A DNA stretch of 15,245 nucleotides. Origin: Elusimicrobiota bacterium. Lineage in GTDB: Bacteria; Elusimicrobiota; Elusimicrobia; UBA1565. Where the stretch lies: NCBI GenBank assembly GCA_043827405.1, contig JBDRPD010000098.1, positions 1 to 15,245 on the forward strand, in the 5' to 3' direction. The notes under the pieces were generated by a model that had not been told where the DNA came from, did not search any database, and saw only the letters and a list, made by a program, of their open reading frames with translations. Shown one piece after another: positions 7,417 to 15,245 of the stretch (the stretch's first letter is position 1; each line of letters begins with the position of its first letter). Both the position numbers and the translations under genes were made by a program.

Positions 7417-7932
7417 ATGCCGCGCCCCCCCCGCAGGACTCAAGACATCCGCATTTTCACCGAGATCAAAGCCAAGCCGGAGAAGGTCTACCGCGCTTTG
7501 GTTTCGGCGCGCGAGCTCTGCGTCTGGCTCCTGGACCGGGCCGAGACGGATTCACGCAGCATGGGACGCATGCGCATGGTCTGGCCCGTCCGCGACAAGA
7601 AGAAGAGGGTGGAGGCGACCGGGGTGTTTGTGGACCTGGAACCAGGCAAAAAGGTGGCCTGGATATGGGATGAGCAGACGCGGCCAAGCGGCTTGCCGGC
7701 GCTGGTGACCGTCTTCATTGAAGAAAAGGGCTCCCGCTGTCAGGTTACGCTCGTACACGCGGGTTTTTCCGTCGCGCCGTCACGTGCCGGCCTGATCAAG
7801 GCCTATCGCGAAATGTGGGAGGACGTGCTCGTGAAGCTTAAGCTTTACCTGGAGTCCGGCCGCGTCTGCAAGGGCGACCGGCTGACCTTGGCCGATGCCG
7901 GACCGCGCAAGAAGTCGGGGCGGCGGGCGTGA
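7417..7932 (+). CDS. SRPBCC / Aha1 (AHSA1)-like START-fold protein
   Basis: Motifs EIKAKPEKVYRALVSARELCVW, G.FVDLEPGKKVAWIW, VTVFIEEKGSRCQVTLVHAGF, and a C-terminal helix W..VLVKLKLYLE. Confidence 0.85.
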   Translation: MPRPPRRTQDIRIFTEIKAKPEKVYRALVSARELCVWLLDRAETDSRSMGRMRMVWPVRDKKKRVEATGVFVDLEPGKKVAWIWDEQTRPSGLPALVTVFIEEKGSRCQVTLVHAGFSVAPSRAGLIKAYREMWEDVLVKLKLYLESGRVCKGDRLTLADAGPRKKSGRRA

Positions 7933-9083
7933 CCACGGCGGCGGTGATCCTGGCGGTGCTCGCGGGAGCGGTCCTGGGGGCTCTGGGCGTGTACGCGATT
8001 CTGTTCTCGGTGCGCAAGAACGCGGAGGCCGAGTCCCGCCAGCAGCGCGAAGAGCTTAAGGGGCAGTTCGCATCCGTGTCCGCGGACATCTTCACCAACG
8101 CGACCGACCAGTTCCTGAAGCTGGCGGAGAGCCGGCTGGCGACCGAGCGGGTCAAGGCGGAGGCCGGCCTGGAGGAGAAGCAAAAGGCCGTCGAGACCGT
8201 GGTCGGCCAGCTGCAGGAGCGGCTGCAGCGCTACGAAAAGATGATGCGGGACTTCGAGGCGGAGCGCTCCGAGAAGTACGGCTCGCTCGAGGAGCAGCTG
8301 AAAAGCGCCGCGCGGACGACGCAGGACCTGCAGCTTTCGACCGACAAGCTCGGCGCGGTCCTTTCCAACTCCCGGTCGCGCGGCCAGTGGGGCGAGCGTA
8401 TGGCCGAGGACATCCTGCGGGCGGCCGGCCTAATCGAGGATGTCCAGTACGTGAAGAACCGGGCCCAGGCGACGGTTTCGACGCGGCCCGATTTCACCTT
8501 CAATCTGCCCGATGATCACAAGATCAACATGGACGTGAAGTTTCCGCTCGACAACTATCTGCGGATGGACAACGCCGAGAGCGACGAGGATAAGGCGCGC
8601 TACAAGGCGGATTTCCTCAAGGACGTTAAGGCGCGCGTCAAGGAGATTCAGAACCGCTCCTATATCAACCCGGAGGAGCAGACGCTCGACTACGTGATCC
8701 TGTTTATTCCCAATGAGCAGGTCTACGGCTTTGTGCTCGAGAACCTGCCGGGCTACGTGGACGAGGCGCTGGCGCAGAAAGTGGTCTTGTGCTCTCCGTT
8801 CAGCCTCTACGCGGTGCTGGCCGTCGTGCGCCAGTCGTTTGAGAATTTCCACTTCAGCAAGGCGACGCGGGAGATGGTCAAGTTCGTCGGCTCCTTCCGT
8901 CAGGCGTACGAGAAGTTCAAGGTCCGTTTCGTGAAGCTCGGCGAGCAGATCGACAAGACGCGCGGCGCCTACGAGGAAATTACCGGGCCGAGCTATAAGA
9001 TGCTCGATCAGGCCGTGGCGCGCATCGAGAGCGCGCAGCAAGAATCGGGGGAGGAGGCGCCGCCGGAAGTCCGGACGCCTTGA
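7929..9083 (+). CDS. rmuC: DNA recombination protein RmuC
   Basis: N-terminal TM segment and coiled coil, then L..VLSNSRSRGQWGE, RPDF..NLP....I.MDVKFPL..Y, YINPEEQTLDYVILFIPNE and KVVLCSP.SL. The GTG start overlaps the upstream TGA. Confidence 0.93.
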   Translation: MTTAAVILAVLAGAVLGALGVYAILFSVRKNAEAESRQQREELKGQFASVSADIFTNATDQFLKLAESRLATERVKAEAGLEEKQKAVETVVGQLQERLQRYEKMMRDFEAERSEKYGSLEEQLKSAARTTQDLQLSTDKLGAVLSNSRSRGQWGERMAEDILRAAGLIEDVQYVKNRAQATVSTRPDFTFNLPDDHKINMDVKFPLDNYLRMDNAESDEDKARYKADFLKDVKARVKEIQNRSYINPEEQTLDYVILFIPNEQVYGFVLENLPGYVDEALAQKVVLCSPFSLYAVLAVVRQSFENFHFSKATREMVKFVGSFRQAYEKFKVRFVKLGEQIDKTRGAYEEITGPSYKMLDQAVARIESAQQESGEEAPPEVRTP

Positions 9084-9087
9084 GACC

Positions 9088-9882
9088 ATGGCGATAGCGA
9101 CCCATTCCTGGAAGCGTAAAATCGCGGAGCAGACCTCGCTGCTGCAGCCGGGGGACCGTATTCGGCGGCAGATCGACGGGGTTGAGATGCTGCTGAATAT
9201 GGAGCACCGGGCGCGCGTTCTCGATCTCGGCTGCGGCTCCGGCTGCCAGACGCTGGAGCTGGCGCGGCGCCAATACCGCGTCATCGGCGTCGACGAGTCC
9301 ACCAAGGCGCGGGCCAGCGCCCGCGATCAGGCGCGTGCGGAGCAGCTGACGGTGCATTTTTTGTCGCATGATATGCGCAGCCTGAGCTACGACGACGAGT
9401 TTAACGTGGTGGTCAATATCCGCAACCCCATCGGCTGCTACCCGCAGGAAAAGGACGACGCGGCCTGCCTCGCCGCCGCCGCCAAAGCGCTCAAGCACGG
9501 CGGCCGGCTGTTTCTCGACCTGCTCAATCGTGAATGGGTCATGCGGCGGCTGAGCCGCGTTGCGCACGGCGACAAGAGCGGCCAGGCTTTCGACCTGCGT
9601 TCGGGGCGGCTGGACTGCTCCGGCTTCCGCACCCGCGGCAAGCGGGTGGACGCATTGGGCCGGTCGCTGCGGCTTTACACGCTGACGGAGGTCCTGCACC
9701 TGACCCAGGCCGCGGGTTTGACGTTCCGCCGCGTTTACGGCGACTACGACGGCCGCTCTTACGGCGTCGACAGCCTGCGCATGATCGTCATCGCCGAGAA
9801 GGTTAAAGTCGCCGCGCCGCCGAAAGGCCGCCTGCGCGACGGCCTTGAGCGGGCGCTGCGCATCAAGGGACGACCGCGTTGA
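9088..9882 (+). CDS. Class I SAM-dependent methyltransferase
   Basis: Motifs RVLDLGCGSG, VIGVDES, HDMR, LKHGGRLFLDLLN, LRLYTLTE and VYGDYDG...S.RMI. Confidence 0.88.
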   Translation: MAIATHSWKRKIAEQTSLLQPGDRIRRQIDGVEMLLNMEHRARVLDLGCGSGCQTLELARRQYRVIGVDESTKARASARDQARAEQLTVHFLSHDMRSLSYDDEFNVVVNIRNPIGCYPQEKDDAACLAAAAKALKHGGRLFLDLLNREWVMRRLSRVAHGDKSGQAFDLRSGRLDCSGFRTRGKRVDALGRSLRLYTLTEVLHLTQAAGLTFRRVYGDYDGRSYGVDSLRMIVIAEKVKVAAPPKGRLRDGLERALRIKGRPR

Positions 9883-12623
9883 TCGAATATGAAAAAGTCG
9901 TGCTCGACAACGGGCTGACGCTGCTGCTCGCCCCCGATTCCACGGTGCCCGTCGTGACGCTGGCGCTGACCGTTCCGGTCGGCGCGCGCCAGGAGCAGCG
10001 GGGGCGTTCGGGCTTCGCGCATCTGTTCGAGCACCTGATGTTTCAGGGTTCGGCCAACGTCCCCAAGGGGCGGTTCGACAAGATACTGGAGAGCTGCGGC
10101 GCGGAAAACAACGCCTGGACCGATCTCGACTATACGCTGTACTATGAGACGCTCCCCGCCAACGCCCTGCCGGTCGGCCTGTGGCTTGACGCCGACCGTC
10201 TGAGCGCGCTGCAGATTACCGCGTCGGCGCTGCGCAACCAGATCGACGTGGTCAAGGAAGAGAAGCGGCAGAACGTCTACAACGAGGCGTACGGCCGGCT
10301 GCTGTGGGTCGATATCGCGGCGCGGGCTTTTGCCAACTGGCAGAACGCACATGATACCTACGGCGGCTTCGCCGATCTGGAGTCCGCGAGCCTGTCGGAT
10401 GTGCGGCGCTTTTTCGCCGATCAGTACGCTCCGCGCAATACGAAGATCGCGATCGTGGGGGACTTCGACCCGGCGGAGGCGCGGCGGCAGGCCCGCCGCT
10501 ATTTCGCGTGGATTCCCAACCGGGGAGAGCCGGCGGCGGTGGACGCGACGGAGCCGCGGCAGACCAAGGAGCGGCGCTTCCTGGCGGAGGATGCGCACGC
10601 CGCCGTCGCGGGGACGGCTATCGTCTGGAATAATATGCCGGCGCGGCGCAGCCCGGACTACTACGCCATGAGCCTGCTCGGACGGCTGATGTTTCTCGGC
10701 AAGAGCGCGCGGCTTTATCAGCTGCTGGTCAAGGACGCCAAGGCGGCGTCGGCGGTGGACGAGCCCTATACCGGCGGGCTGGGCTTTCCGGTCGCCGGCT
10801 GGTCCACCTACCGGCAGCCGGGCCTGTTCGGCGGCTTCATCCTGCGCAAGGACGGCGTCTCGACCGCCGCTATCCGCCGGCACGTCTATGGCGCGGTCGA
10901 ACGGATCGCGAAAAAAGGCGTGGGCAAAGAAGAGCTCGCGCGGGCCAAGACCAAGCTGCGCTCGGATTGGATCCGCAGCCGGCAGACGACGCACGGCCGC
11001 GCCGAGGCGCTCCTCGTCGCTTCCGTGCTCGACGGAGATGCCGGCGCGGCCAACGGCGAGCTGGAGCGTTTTCTCGCCGTCACCGGCGAGGACCTGCGGG
11101 CGGCGGCGGCGAAATATCTCATTGCCTCGGCGGCCAACGTCTTTGACCTAAAGCCGTCGAAGCAGAGCCCGCCGCCGGAAAGCTCGAAGCCGCGCGCGTC
11201 CAAGAAAGACGCGGCCGGCCATGCCGGCGTCAAGCGCGCGCCGGCCGCCCCCCGGCGGCCCGATATGTCGCACCGGCCGGCGGTGCGGTCCATGAAGCCG
11301 TATCGCGCGCCGCGCCGGGAGCGCTTCCGGCTGGCTAACGGCTTGCGCGTGGTTTATGTGCGGGATCAGCGGTATCCGCTGGTGTCGGTGCGCCTGGCGG
11401 TCCCCGGCGGCATCGCCTTGACCTCTCTTGAGTCCCCGGGCCTGGTGCGGGCGATGGCGGAGCTGATGACGGAGGGTACGCAGGCGAAGAGCGCGCGCGC
11501 TGTCGCCGAAGCGGCCGACGCCTTCGGCGGCACCATCGGGGCGCGCGCCGGGCGGGACTACGTCGTGGTGCGCGCATCGTCGCTTTCCGACAAGACGGAC
11601 GACATGCTGCGCTTGTTTTCCGCGGTCGCTCTGCGGCCGACTTTCCCCCAGGCCGAGGTCGCGCTGCGCCGCAAGAACATGCTGGAGGAGCTTAAGCTGC
11701 AGCGCAGCCAGCCGCAGTTTCTAGCTTCGATCGCTTTCAACCGCCGCCTGTTCGGCGGGCATTCCTACTCGGTGGTGGCGCCGACCGAGGCGTCCATCAC
11801 CCGGATCAACCGCCGGCGCTTGCGGGCGCTGCATCGCCGCATCTTCGACCCGGGACGCGCGCATCTCGTCGTGGTCGGCGATATCCCGCGCCGGGAGCTG
11901 CGGGACATGCTGGAGCGGAGCCTGGGCCGCTGGCGGCCGGCTGCCGGCGCGCCCCCGCTGCCGTCAGCCGGAGACCTTGAGCCGGAGGATACGCCGCCGA
12001 CGAGCGTTACCTTCTTCGACCGGCCGGGCTCGGAGCAGTCGGCCGTCATTATCGGCGGCATCGTGCCGCGCGAGGACTACGCCGGCTACGACGCGCTGCT
12101 GCTGGCCAACCAGATACTCGGCGGCTCTTTCGCCGCCCGGCTGTCGACCGATCTCAGGGAGAAGCGGGGCTATACCTACGGCATCTACTCCTACCTCGAG
12201 ACGTCGCGGCATGCCGGGATATTCTCGGTCGGCACCCAGGTGCGTCCGTCGGTTACGGGCGCGACGATCACGGGGGTGCTGGATCATATGCGGCGCCTGC
12301 GCGCGGAGCCGGTCAAGCGGGCGGAGCTGCAGCAGGCCAAGAATATGCTGATCGGAGATTTCGCGCGCGATCTCGAGACCCAGGCGGGGATGGCCGACGC
12401 GGTGCTCTATGGGCTGCTGCGCGGACTCCCGGAGAACTATCTCGACACCTACGTCGATGAGGTGCAGGCCGTTTCGGTCGGCGGCGTGCAGCGTGCGGCG
12501 AAAAAATACCTGCGTCCGGACCGCCTCGTCATCTCGGTGGTGGGCGACGGAGCGGCGCTGAGCGGCGCGCTCGACGCCTACGGCCCGGTGCTGAAAGTGG
12601 ACAACGAGGGCCGCGCCCGGTAG
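9879..12623 (+). CDS. M16-family zinc metallopeptidase (PqqL/pitrilysin-like, two fused halves)
   Basis: LDNGL, SGFAHLFEHLMFQGS (inverted HxxEH), NAWT..D.T.YYE, VVKEEKR. The second half starts at LANGLRV, lacks HxxEH, and contains RL...LREKRGYTYG. The TTG start overlaps the upstream TGA. Confidence 0.93.
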   Translation: MIEYEKVVLDNGLTLLLAPDSTVPVVTLALTVPVGARQEQRGRSGFAHLFEHLMFQGSANVPKGRFDKILESCGAENNAWTDLDYTLYYETLPANALPVGLWLDADRLSALQITASALRNQIDVVKEEKRQNVYNEAYGRLLWVDIAARAFANWQNAHDTYGGFADLESASLSDVRRFFADQYAPRNTKIAIVGDFDPAEARRQARRYFAWIPNRGEPAAVDATEPRQTKERRFLAEDAHAAVAGTAIVWNNMPARRSPDYYAMSLLGRLMFLGKSARLYQLLVKDAKAASAVDEPYTGGLGFPVAGWSTYRQPGLFGGFILRKDGVSTAAIRRHVYGAVERIAKKGVGKEELARAKTKLRSDWIRSRQTTHGRAEALLVASVLDGDAGAANGELERFLAVTGEDLRAAAAKYLIASAANVFDLKPSKQSPPPESSKPRASKKDAAGHAGVKRAPAAPRRPDMSHRPAVRSMKPYRAPRRERFRLANGLRVVYVRDQRYPLVSVRLAVPGGIALTSLESPGLVRAMAELMTEGTQAKSARAVAEAADAFGGTIGARAGRDYVVVRASSLSDKTDDMLRLFSAVALRPTFPQAEVALRRKNMLEELKLQRSQPQFLASIAFNRRLFGGHSYSVVAPTEASITRINRRRLRALHRRIFDPGRAHLVVVGDIPRRELRDMLERSLGRWRPAAGAPPLPSAGDLEPEDTPPTSVTFFDRPGSEQSAVIIGGIVPREDYAGYDALLLANQILGGSFAARLSTDLREKRGYTYGIYSYLETSRHAGIFSVGTQVRPSVTGATITGVLDHMRRLRAEPVKRAELQQAKNMLIGDFARDLETQAGMADAVLYGLLRGLPENYLDTYVDEVQAVSVGGVQRAAKKYLRPDRLVISVVGDGAALSGALDAYGPVLKVDNEGRAR

Positions 12624-12629
12624 GCGCGG

Positions 12630-13196
12630 CTATTTGGCGGCCGCGACTTGGCAGCTCTTGGGCCGCTGGCCGAGAAGCCGGCGGGCGAGCGCATGGTAGT
12701 TGGACTTCCACTGCTGCTGCTGGCGCTTGTTGCTTTCCTGCAGCTGCGCGAGGTCTTTCTGTTTCTGGAGCATAACGGCCTGCGCTTCCTTCGACTGCGA
12801 CATGAGGTGACGCCGTACGCGGATGTCGCGCGCGTACATCGCCTGGGTGCGCAGCTCCTTGACGAGGCGCTGCTGCGAGTCGATGAGTTGGCGCAGCTGC
12901 GCGGCGCTCTGGTCCTGCCGGAAGGCCTGCTTGCCGAACTTTTGGGCGTAGGATTGGTGAAAGGACGTGAACTTGGCGTTGAACTGGGCGCAGGAGAGCG
13001 TGGTCTCGACGACCGGCGCCGCGGCCGGCGCGCGTTTCGTTCGTTCCGGGGCCGGCGGATTTCCCTTGACGCAGCGGTTGCGTGAGGCGTAAGTCCCCGG
13101 CGGACAGATAACCTGCGCTGACGCCGCGGGCACAGCGGCCGCCAAACAAGACAGCAACCCGCCGGCGAACATGAGGAAACTTAGACCTCGCGCCAT
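12630..13196 (-). CDS. Hypothetical secreted protein (signal peptide, Cys pairs, Gln/Lys/Arg-rich coiled coil)
   Basis: ATG 13196 is preceded by GGGAG. Sec-type signal MARGLSFLMFAGGLLSCLAAAVPAASA|QVICPPG is followed by a helical Q/K/R-rich region. The ORF fills the gap between two confident genes. Confidence 0.7.
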   Translation of the reverse strand: MARGLSFLMFAGGLLSCLAAAVPAASAQVICPPGTYASRNRCVKGNPPAPERTKRAPAAAPVVETTLSCAQFNAKFTSFHQSYAQKFGKQAFRQDQSAAQLRQLIDSQQRLVKELRTQAMYARDIRVRRHLMSQSKEAQAVMLQKQKDLAQLQESNKRQQQQWKSNYHALARRLLGQRPKSCQVAAAK

Positions 13197-13239
13197 AACC
13201 ACTCCCACCACAAGGGTGGCCCATAGTCATGGAGGGCAT

Positions 13240-13266
13240 GTTACGGTTAGGTAAATTTTAGGTAAC
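13240..13266. promoter_or_regulatory. Tandem TTAGGTAA direct repeat (11-bp period), candidate transcription-factor site
   Basis: TTAGGTAA occurs at 13247-13254 and 13258-13265, within a GTTAC...GTAAC inverted pair (13240-13244 / 13262-13266), in the AT-rich gap upstream of the secreted protein. Confidence 0.5.
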
Positions 13267-13285
13267 TAATGGGGGAAAAGCGCTG

Positions 13286-15124
13286 TTAATTCAAGTATTT
13301 CCCTTTCAGGTGGCGCGCTAGAAAAGCCTCGGCCTTGGCATAGAATTTCAGCCGGTTTTCCGGCCGGGCGAAGCCATGGCCCTCATCTGGAAAAAGCAAG
13401 TATTCTACGTCCTTTTTCTTGGCTTTGAGGGTTTCGACGATCTGCTCGCTTTCCGCCTGCTTGACGCGGGGGTCATTGGCTCCTTGGGCGATGAGCATCG
13501 GCACCTTGATCTTGTCCGCCGCGAAGAGGGGTGAGCGCGATTTCAGGAACTCCGGCTCCTTTTCCACGTCGCCCACGCGCAGGTCGAATACGTTGCGCAG
13601 CAGCTCCCAGTACGGCGGTATGGAGCGGATCAAAGTGACCAGGTTCGAGGGGCCGACGATGTCGACCGCGCAGGCATAGAGATCGGGGGTGAAGGCCGCG
13701 CCGGCGAGCGCGGCGTAGCCGCCGTAAGAGCCGCCATAGATGGCGACGCGCCGCGGATCGGCGACGCCCTGCTCGATCGCCCAGCGCACCGCGTCGGTGA
13801 GATCATCCTGCATCTTGGCGCCCCACTCCCGGTCGCCGGCATGCAGGAACTTCTTGCCGTAGCCGGTGGAGGCGCGGTAGTTGACCTGGAGCACGGCATA
13901 GCCGCGGTCCGCCAGCCACAGAATTTCGGGGCGGAAGCCCCAGCGGTCGCGGTGCCAGGGGCCGCCGTGAACGTCGAGCACCAGCGGCAGGTTTCGGCGC
14001 GGGCCGTCCGGCGGCAAGGTCAGATAGCCGCGGATGATCAGGCCGTCGCGGGCCGCGAACTCAATGGGCCGCATTGAGCCCAGGGCGCGGTCTTCCAGCG
14101 CCGGCCGGGTCGTGAACAAGAGCTCGGCCTGCTGCGCGCCGCGGTCGTATAGATAGTAGCGCGGCGGCTTATCGTCGCAGTCGTAGAGCACGATCCAGCG
14201 CGTGTCGGCGTCGTCGCGGCTGACGATTTGAAAATCGCCGGCGGCGATTTCTTTGAGCCGCGCAAAGTCATCGCGCAGCGCCGGATCCAGCACCGCCCAT
14301 TCCAGGCGGGTCACGTCAAAGCCGACGGCCTGCGCGGCGTAGGTGCGCGGATGGAACAGGACGGGGCCGATATCGACCTCCGGATGCGCGTAGAGGAGGG
14401 TCTCTTCGTCGCCGTCCATGCTGAGCTGCAGCAGGCGCGTGGTATCCGAGCCGAGGCTCGATTCGATGTAGAGGTGCTCGTCGCCCGGGGCGAAGGCCTG
14501 CAGGCCGCCCTGCTCGTCCGGGGGGAAAGTCAGAAGCTCGCGCCAGGGCTCGCTTTCCGTATCGCGCACGCGCAGCTGCGAGCTGCCGTTCGCCAGCTGG
14601 GCCCTGCAGGCGCGGATCTTGAAATTCGAATCCGGGAGCCATTGGATCACGTCGCCCGGGTTCTCGGTGACCAGCCGGGCCTCGCCGGTCCGCAGGTCGA
14701 TGCGGTACATGTCATGGAGCTTCTTGTCGCGGACATTGATGGCGGCGAGAAACTCATGCGGGAATTTGGGATCGGTCATGACGACTTGGGCCTGCGCTTC
14801 GGGGAACGGGGTGAGATCGCGGACTTCTCCGCTCTCGCTGTCGACCTGATGGAGGTGCCAGTTCTCGTCGCCGTCCTTATCCTGCAGGTAGACCAGAGTG
14901 CGGCTGTCCTCCGCCCAGAAATAGGCGCGTATGCCGCGGCCGCGGTCGCGGGTAACGGCGGCGGCCGCGGCGCCGGGCGCCGCGGAGCCGGCGAGCCACA
15001 GGTTCAGCACGCCTTCGTCGGGCGCCAGGTAGGCCAGGCGCTTGCCGTCGGGGGAGAGCTTGGGGGAGGTTTTCTCGGGGTTGCCGAAGAGTACTTCACG
15101 GGGAATAAGTTCGCGCTCGGTCAT
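13286..15124 (-). CDS. S9 family serine peptidase (S9C, dipeptidyl-aminopeptidase/acylaminoacyl-peptidase-like)
   Basis: IPREVLFGNP N-terminus, beta-propeller region, VHGGPW.RD, nucleophile GGSYGG, catalytic Asp in QGANDPRV and His in DEGHGF. ATG 15124 is preferred over TTG 15139. Confidence 0.95.
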   Translation of the reverse strand: MTERELIPREVLFGNPEKTSPKLSPDGKRLAYLAPDEGVLNLWLAGSAAPGAAAAAVTRDRGRGIRAYFWAEDSRTLVYLQDKDGDENWHLHQVDSESGEVRDLTPFPEAQAQVVMTDPKFPHEFLAAINVRDKKLHDMYRIDLRTGEARLVTENPGDVIQWLPDSNFKIRACRAQLANGSSQLRVRDTESEPWRELLTFPPDEQGGLQAFAPGDEHLYIESSLGSDTTRLLQLSMDGDEETLLYAHPEVDIGPVLFHPRTYAAQAVGFDVTRLEWAVLDPALRDDFARLKEIAAGDFQIVSRDDADTRWIVLYDCDDKPPRYYLYDRGAQQAELLFTTRPALEDRALGSMRPIEFAARDGLIIRGYLTLPPDGPRRNLPLVLDVHGGPWHRDRWGFRPEILWLADRGYAVLQVNYRASTGYGKKFLHAGDREWGAKMQDDLTDAVRWAIEQGVADPRRVAIYGGSYGGYAALAGAAFTPDLYACAVDIVGPSNLVTLIRSIPPYWELLRNVFDLRVGDVEKEPEFLKSRSPLFAADKIKVPMLIAQGANDPRVKQAESEQIVETLKAKKKDVEYLLFPDEGHGFARPENRLKFYAKAEAFLARHLKGKYLN

Positions 15125-15129
15125 GGCCG

Positions 15130-15138
15130 ATTCTATCA
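15130..15138 (-). promoter_or_regulatory. Extended -10 (TGaTAGAAT) for a leaderless S9 peptidase mRNA
   Basis: The minus strand reads TGA-TAGAAT-CGGCC-ATG, leaving 5 nt to the start codon and no SD. Confidence 0.6.
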
Positions 15139-15142
15139 AATG

Positions 15143-15151
15143 TGGTAAAAT
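15143..15151 (+). promoter_or_regulatory. Extended -10 (TGgTAAAAT) for tRNA-Glu, followed by a GC-rich discriminator
   Basis: TG-g-TAAAAT at 15143-15151, then AGGCCGTCC, ending 19 nt before the tRNA. Confidence 0.6.
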
Positions 15152-15170
15152 AGGCCGTCCGACTACCGGT

Positions 15171-15245
15171 GGCCCGTTCGTCTAGCGGCCTAGGACGCCG
15201 CCCTCTCAAGGCGGAGATCACGGGTTCAAATCCCGTACGGGCCAC
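15171..15245 (+). tRNA. tRNA-Glu (anticodon CTC); the 3' CCA would run off the window edge
   Basis: Acceptor stem GGCCCGT/ACGGGCC, D arm GTCTAGCGGCCTAGGAC, anticodon stem CCGCC/GGCGG with loop CT-CTC-AA (15205-15207), and T arm ACGGG-TTCAAAT-CCCGT. Confidence 0.97.

Noticed and set aside
8430..10994. Minus-strand ORFs 8430-9305, 8980-9699 and 9759-10994
   Set aside because: Shadows of rmuC, the methyltransferase and the M16 protease, which have clear family motifs on the plus strand.
12529..13239. Alternative 236-aa minus-strand ORF and plus-strand ORF 12648-13085
   Set aside because: The 236-aa ORF overlaps the M16 gene and is Arg/Pro-rich noise, and the plus-strand ORF is an antisense shadow. 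The 12630-13196 frame has an SD and a signal peptide.
14228..15148. 306-aa plus-strand ORF
   Set aside because: Antisense shadow of the S9 peptidase.
15171..15245. tRNA-Glu as the attachment site of an integrated element covering this window
   Set aside because: No integrase and no duplicated tRNA 3' end were seen. Any island would lie downstream, outside the window.

Overview
High-GC bacterial window (about 65-70% GC by spot counts; the leader style of the giant gene tentatively suggests Elusimicrobiota). It is joined at ~1189 to a lower-GC (~54%) segment carrying pta and a truncated PmbA/TldD gene. The centrepiece is a ~2026-aa minus-strand protein with this order: signal-like leader, low-complexity linker, 12-TM MFS exporter, two tandem ATP-grasp domains collinear with animal carnosine synthase (CARNS1, compared from memory), and a FemX/DhpK-like GNAT domain. 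It looks like a single-gene peptide-ligation and export machine. Divergent from it, behind a 25-bp perfect inverted repeat, is a coupled operon: SRPBCC protein, rmuC, SAM methyltransferase and a fused M16 zinc protease. The window ends with a secreted coiled-coil protein and an S9C peptidase (both minus strand) and tRNA-Glu(CTC). Several genes appear to be leaderless. All family assignments come from motif reading; no searches were run.
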